In this document: one piece after another, positions 60,001 through 64,000 of the stretch | Numbering within the stretch: position 1 is the stretch's first letter | Layout of the letters: every line of letters starts with the position of its first letter | From: Candidatus Marifrigoribacter sp. Uisw_064 | GTDB lineage: Bacteria > Bacteroidota > Bacteroidia > Flavobacteriales > Flavobacteriaceae | Direction: 5' to 3' | Length of the DNA stretch: 64,000 nt | Assembly (NCBI RefSeq): GCF_047730175.1 | Contig: NZ_CP159833.1 | Span: 1,381,144 to 1,445,143, forward strand | Translations under genes and position numbers: made by a program | The notes under the pieces: model-generated | The model's database searches: none | Seen by the model: only the letters and a program-made list of their open reading frames with translations | Told to the model about the DNA's origin: nothing

Positions 60001-60097
60001 AATCTGTGAAATCTGTGAAATCTGTGAAATCTGTGAAATCTGTGAAATCTGTGAAATCTGTGAAATTTGTGAAATTTGTGAAATCTGTGAAATCTGA
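60001..60097. repeat. tandem repeat, 9-bp unit AATCTGTGA x ~10.5 (two units AATTTGTGA)
   Basis: Direct reading of the sequence. Intergenic, 110 bp upstream of the OM beta-barrel gene. Confidence 0.95.
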
Positions 60098-60208
60098 TGA
60101 AAATCAAAAAAAATAGTATAAAAGAATAGTGCCTTTCAAATATATTTGTTGGGCTTTTTTTGTTTTTCAGAATTTAAAAAATAAGGAACAATTTTAATTA
60201 AAAACACA

Positions 60209-60844
60209 ATGATTATGAAAAAAGCAGCCACATCAATTTTATTAAGTCTTTTATGCCTCCAACTATTAAGTGCTCAAGGTTGGAGTGAACGGAGCAGTAG
60301 CCAACATGAAAATGATTGGAGTATAGGCCTTGGATTTAACGCAGTATATGATTCCGGAACCAGTGCCAAAGATCTCTTTAATGTAAGTGATAATTGGAAT
60401 TTTGGGACTCCTTTTTATATAAGTGCCGAAAATTATATTAACAATCAATTTAGCATAGGTGCTAACTTATCCTTTAACTATATAAAAGAAGGAAAGATAA
60501 TTGATGGAGAAACTATACTAAAAGGTGGAAATGAAGCAGGTTATGTCGCTTTCGATCTGGCAGTAAAGTATTCTTTTCGAGACCTGTTAAAATTAAAAGC
60601 ATTTGAACCCTATGTCTTTGTAGGTCTTGGATTTACCCATATTGGCGACTATCAAACAGAAGAAAATATTCAAAGAATCAAAGGTAAGGGCAGAATGACT
60701 TTCAATACCGGATTGGGAGCTAACTATTGGTTCTCTTCGACTTGGGGAATCAATCTAAATCTAGCAGGAAAATTTGGAGTAGGGAGTGATGTCACCAATC
60801 AACTACTAAACAGCCTAGGGGTATTATATCGTTTAAATAATTAG
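60209..60844 (+). CDS. outer-membrane beta-barrel (porin/OmpA-like N-domain) protein
   Basis: Signal peptide, alternating hydrophobic beta-strand pattern, C-terminal aromatic-rich end (VLYRLNN). Confidence 0.55.
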   Translation: MIMKKAATSILLSLLCLQLLSAQGWSERSSSQHENDWSIGLGFNAVYDSGTSAKDLFNVSDNWNFGTPFYISAENYINNQFSIGANLSFNYIKEGKIIDGETILKGGNEAGYVAFDLAVKYSFRDLLKLKAFEPYVFVGLGFTHIGDYQTEENIQRIKGKGRMTFNTGLGANYWFSSTWGINLNLAGKFGVGSDVTNQLLNSLGVLYRLNN

Positions 60845-60972
60845 GTGTGGTTTAGGGAATAAATATTTATCTAATTTTAATAAAAAAAACAGACCCTATG
60901 GATAATTACCTAGTAATTGAAGAAGGCCCTTAGAGACGCTATTTTGTACTGTAAGACGAACCTACCTACAAA

Positions 60973-61251
60973 TTGAAACGTATTGAGGTAGATCCAGGAG
61001 GCAAATTAAGTTATCAATACCATTACAAACGTTCGGAAGCATGGACCATTGTAGATGGGTTGGGGACCATTACATTAGAAGGGATCGTTAAAACCTTTCA
61101 ACCTGGTGAAACGATCCTCATTCTGCAAGGAACCAAGCATCGTATTGAAAATACAACAGTAAACAAGGTGGTATTTATTGAAGTGCAAACCGGTGCTTAC
61201 TTTGGTGAAGACGATATTGTGAGAATAGAAGATATTTATAATAGAAGTTAA
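60973..61251 (+). pseudogene. cupin fragment corresponding to C-terminal domain of mannose-1-phosphate guanylyltransferase/mannose-6-phosphate isomerase (manC-like remnant)
   Basis: YKLKRIEVDPGGKLSYQYHYKRSEAW…ENTTVNKVVFIEVQTGAYFGEDDIVRIEDIY matches the type-II PMI cupin. Only a TTG start is available, in-frame stops lie just upstream, and the N-terminal nucleotidyltransferase domain is absent. Confidence 0.5.
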
Positions 61252-61262
61252 AATAAATATTA

Positions 61263-62315
61263 ATGAATAACAAAAATATATTAATAACGGGTGGAGCTGG
61301 ATTTATTGGCTCCCATGTCATTAGAAGGTTTTTAATTAAATACCCAGAATATCATATTTATAATTTAGATGCATTGACCTATGCAGGTAATTTAGAAAAT
61401 TTAAAAGATATTGAGTCGAACGAAAACTATACTTTTTTACACGGTGACATCACTGATGAAGAGTATATCAACTCAATTTTTAAAAAATATCAATTTAAGA
61501 ATGTCATTCACCTTGCTGCAGAATCTCATGTAGATAGATCCATAACAGATCCCTTGGCTTTTGCAAAAACAAATATATTAGGTACCATGATATTATTAAA
61601 TGCATTTAAAGCATTGTGGGACACTAATTGGGAAGGGAAACGGTTTTATCATGTGAGTACCGATGAGGTATATGGATCATTAGGAGAAACAGGATTGTTT
61701 AAAGAAAACACTTCTTACGACCCGAATTCACCTTATTCTGCATCTAAAGCAAGTTCAGACCATTTTGTAAGAGCTTACGGTGAAACTTATGGGTTGCCTT
61801 ATGTAATATCTAATTGCTCCAATAATTATGGGGCTCAACAATTTCCTGAAAAATTGATACCCTTATTTATAAATAATGTGTTAAACGATAAAGCCTTACC
61901 GGTTTACGGAGATGGAAATTACACCAGAGATTGGTTGTATGTTATGGATCATGCCATCGCTATAGACTTGGTGTATCATAAAGGTGTTAATGCAGAGACC
62001 TATAATATTGGTGGTTTTAACGAATGGAAAAATATTGATTTGGTAAAACTATTATGCCAACAATTGGATGCGAAATTGGGTCGTGAAGAAGGTACAAGTG
62101 AACAGCTTATAAAATACGTTAAAGATAGACCTGGGCACGATTTAAGATATGCAATAGATGCTTCTAAAATAAATACAGAATTAGGCTGGAGCCCAACCGT
62201 AACTTTTGAACAAGGTTTGTCGGAAACCATAGACTGGTATTTAAACAATGAGGACTGGTTAAACAATGTAACCTCTGGAAATTACCAAAATTATTATAAA
62301 AAACAATATCAATAA
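61263..62315 (+). CDS. rfbB: dTDP-glucose 4,6-dehydratase
   Basis: [13 protein letters not shown] Rossmann, YxxxK (YSASKAS) and RfbB-specific regions. Confidence 0.92.
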   Translation: MNNKNILITGGAGFIGSHVIRRFLIKYPEYHIYNLDALTYAGNLENLKDIESNENYTFLHGDITDEEYINSIFKKYQFKNVIHLAAESHVDRSITDPLAFAKTNILGTMILLNAFKALWDTNWEGKRFYHVSTDEVYGSLGETGLFKENTSYDPNSPYSASKASSDHFVRAYGETYGLPYVISNCSNNYGAQQFPEKLIPLFINNVLNDKALPVYGDGNYTRDWLYVMDHAIAIDLVYHKGVNAETYNIGGFNEWKNIDLVKLLCQQLDAKLGREEGTSEQLIKYVKDRPGHDLRYAIDASKINTELGWSPTVTFEQGLSETIDWYLNNEDWLNNVTSGNYQNYYKKQYQ

Positions 62316-62316
62316 A

Positions 62317-63195
62317 ATGAAAGGAATCGTATTAGCAGGAGGGTCAGGAACTAGATTGTATCCCATAACAAAAGGGACTTCAAAACAACTTTTGCCAATT
62401 TATGACAAACCAATGATTTATTATCCTTTGTCGGTATTAATGTTGGCAGGAATTAAGGAAGTATTAATCATTTCAACACCTACAGATTTACCTCATTTTG
62501 AACGATTGTTGGGGGATGGTAAGAATTTAGGGATGTCATTTACCTATAAGGTGCAGCCCTCACCAGATGGTTTGGCACAAGCTTTTATTATTGGTGAAGA
62601 TTTTATTGGCGATGATGATGTCTGCTTAGTCTTGGGAGATAATATTTTTTATGGGCATGGTTTTACCAAACTTTTATCTGAGGCATTTAATAATGTGAAA
62701 AATGATAAGAATGCTACGGTTTTTGGATATTATGTGAACGACCCTGAACGTTATGGAGTGGTGGATTTTGATGCAAATGGAAACGCATTGAGTATTGAAG
62801 AAAAACCAACAAAAGCAAAAAGCAACTATGCAGTTATAGGATTGTATTTTTATCCAAATTCTGTAGTAGAAATTGCTAAGAATATAAAGCCAAGTGATAG
62901 AGGAGAACTGGAAATTACAACTGTCAATCAAAAATATTTGGAGCAAGATAACTTAAAAGTAGAATTGATGGGACGTGGTTATGCTTGGTTAGATACGGGT
63001 ACTCATGAATCCTTATTAGAAGCATCCAATTATATTCAAACCATTGAAAATCGTCAAGGTCTTAAAGTTGCGTGTTTGGAAGAAATAGCTTGTGAAATGG
63101 GCTATATTACAAAAGACCAATTGTTAGCGCTGGCGGAACCACTAAAAAAGAACAATTACGGAAAATATTTAATGGAACGAGCTAAAGAATTGTAA
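62317..63195 (+). CDS. rfbA: glucose-1-phosphate thymidylyltransferase
   Basis: [19 protein letters not shown]-terminus. 292 aa. Confidence 0.92.
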   Translation: MKGIVLAGGSGTRLYPITKGTSKQLLPIYDKPMIYYPLSVLMLAGIKEVLIISTPTDLPHFERLLGDGKNLGMSFTYKVQPSPDGLAQAFIIGEDFIGDDDVCLVLGDNIFYGHGFTKLLSEAFNNVKNDKNATVFGYYVNDPERYGVVDFDANGNALSIEEKPTKAKSNYAVIGLYFYPNSVVEIAKNIKPSDRGELEITTVNQKYLEQDNLKVELMGRGYAWLDTGTHESLLEASNYIQTIENRQGLKVACLEEIACEMGYITKDQLLALAEPLKKNNYGKYLMERAKEL

Positions 63196-63768
63196 ATGAA
63201 CTTTAAGAGATTAGAAATTCCAGATGTAGTTCTATGTGAACCAAATGTGTTTGGGGACGAACGAGGCTATTTTTCAGAAACCTTTCGACAAGATAAATTA
63301 GAAGGTTTTTTAGGATATAAGATCAATTTTTGTCAAGATAATGAGTCCAAATCGGCTTATGGAGTATTAAGAGGCTTACATTATCAATTACCACCTTTTG
63401 CTCAAACAAAATTAGTTCGGGTTATACAAGGGAAAGTGCTAGATATTGCTGTCGATATTCGTAAAGGCTCTTCAACCTTTGGAAAGCATGTAGCCATAGA
63501 ATTATCTTCAGAAAACAAAAAACAACTATTCGTGCCCAGAGGTTTTGCACATGGCTTTGTGGTATTAAGTGAAGAAGCTATTTTGGCTTATAAAGTAGAT
63601 AATTATTACAATCCTGAATGTGATAGAGGGATTGCTTTTAATGATAAAAGTTTAGGAATAGATTGGAAACTAAAACCTTCTGAATTACAATTATCTCCAA
63701 AAGATACACAGCAACCAATGTTAAAAGAGGCAGATTTGTTTGAAATTAAAAAAAAATTATATGCCTAA
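63196..63768 (+). CDS. rfbC: dTDP-4-dehydrorhamnose 3,5-epimerase
   Basis: 190 aa cupin. RGLHYQ and other conserved epimerase motifs. Confidence 0.9.
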   Translation: MNFKRLEIPDVVLCEPNVFGDERGYFSETFRQDKLEGFLGYKINFCQDNESKSAYGVLRGLHYQLPPFAQTKLVRVIQGKVLDIAVDIRKGSSTFGKHVAIELSSENKKQLFVPRGFAHGFVVLSEEAILAYKVDNYYNPECDRGIAFNDKSLGIDWKLKPSELQLSPKDTQQPMLKEADLFEIKKKLYA

Positions 63769-64000
63769 TATTTTAGTCACCGGTGCAAACGGACAATTGG
63801 GCTCTGAACTAAGAGAGCTGGCGCCAGAATATAAAAACTATTATTTCTTTTTTACCGGTGTTAAAGAACTGGATATATGCAATCATAAAAAAGTAGCTAA
63901 CTTTATTAAAATAAACCAAATAGACACTATTATAAACTGTGCAGCCTATACGGCTGTTGATAAAGCAGAAGACGATTTTGAATTAGCTGATAAAATAAAC
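63762..64000 (+). CDS. rfbD: dTDP-4-dehydrorhamnose reductase (3'-truncated by window edge)
   Basis: MPNILVTGANGQLGSEL Rossmann start. Overlaps the rfbC stop (ATGCCTAA). Confidence 0.85.

Noticed and set aside
60001-60097. Possible CRISPR array
   Set aside because: Unit is only 9 bp, perfectly tandem with no spacers, and no cas genes are present. It is a simple tandem repeat.
56651-60200. Integrated element with an att duplication of the tRNA-Met 3' end
   Set aside because: Looked for a repeat of GGTTCGAGCCCATGTGGGACCA downstream and none was seen. No integrase gene is present. It is treated as a decayed variable region rather than an intact island.
62000-62946. Minus-strand ORFs 62000..62266 and 62674..62946
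   Set aside because: Antisense inside rfbB/rfbA.

Overview
This 64-kb window reads as a low-GC chromosomal segment from a Flavobacteriia (Bacteroidota) genome, mostly housekeeping genes with a few accessory patches. The assignment rests on gliding-motility genes gldD/gldE, several T9SS C-terminal sorting domains, a PcrB/GGGPS-family prenyltransferase and rfbBADC. All calls are from reading the sequence and recalled family motifs; no searches were run.

**Core content**
- Biotin genes are split between two loci: bioF(partial)-bioD-bioA at the left edge and bioB at 32.8 kb.
- Other housekeeping genes include aat, leuS, ftsX, uppP, truB, tag, recX, rng, an HU-family protein gene, mutY-ssb-gldE-gldD, rplU-rpmA, ahcY, lepA, dusB, rbfA, a methylmalonyl-CoA epimerase, tRNA-Met(CAU), and the start of a polysaccharide locus (a UpxY antiterminator followed by rfbBADC).
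- A short-chain fatty acid transporter, an NfeD/flotillin pair, a sensor kinase, a HIT protein, greA and arfB also sit in the window.

**Features the ORF track does not explain**
1. A modular interspersed repeat family (modules A/A'/B/C/D) forms composite clusters at ~7.65-7.79 kb, 8.10-8.21 kb, 9.63-9.92 kb and 33.89-34.11 kb, with a solo copy at 59.46 kb. One pair brackets a GIY-YIG nuclease gene as inverted repeats.
2. Two T9SS cargo genes, an FG-GAP protein and an LRR protein, share near-identical 5' leaders and 3' CTD-encoding ends plus the downstream repeat, yet carry unrelated passenger domains. That looks like cassette shuffling.
3. A clear TPP riboswitch sits on the minus strand in front of a TonB-dependent receptor.
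4. A conserved leader element precedes both a YkoF-type thiamine-binding protein gene and a lipoprotein gene next to that receptor.
5. An 18-bp perfect inverted repeat flanks a 135-bp segment in a divergent promoter region, a candidate invertible switch.
6. The pnuC-nrk-DUF4301-arfB operon contains DUF4301, which shows motif-level resemblance to UDPGP-type nucleotidyltransferases.
7. An unlisted 29-aa bTHX-like ribosomal peptide gene lies at 38155-38244.
8. A Coa1-like gene is interrupted by an in-frame TAA.
9. Right after tRNA-Met there is a decayed accessory patch: an orphan HAD-like gene, 850 bp of AT-rich non-coding DNA, UpxY, gene remnants, a 9-bp x10 tandem repeat and a manC cupin remnant.
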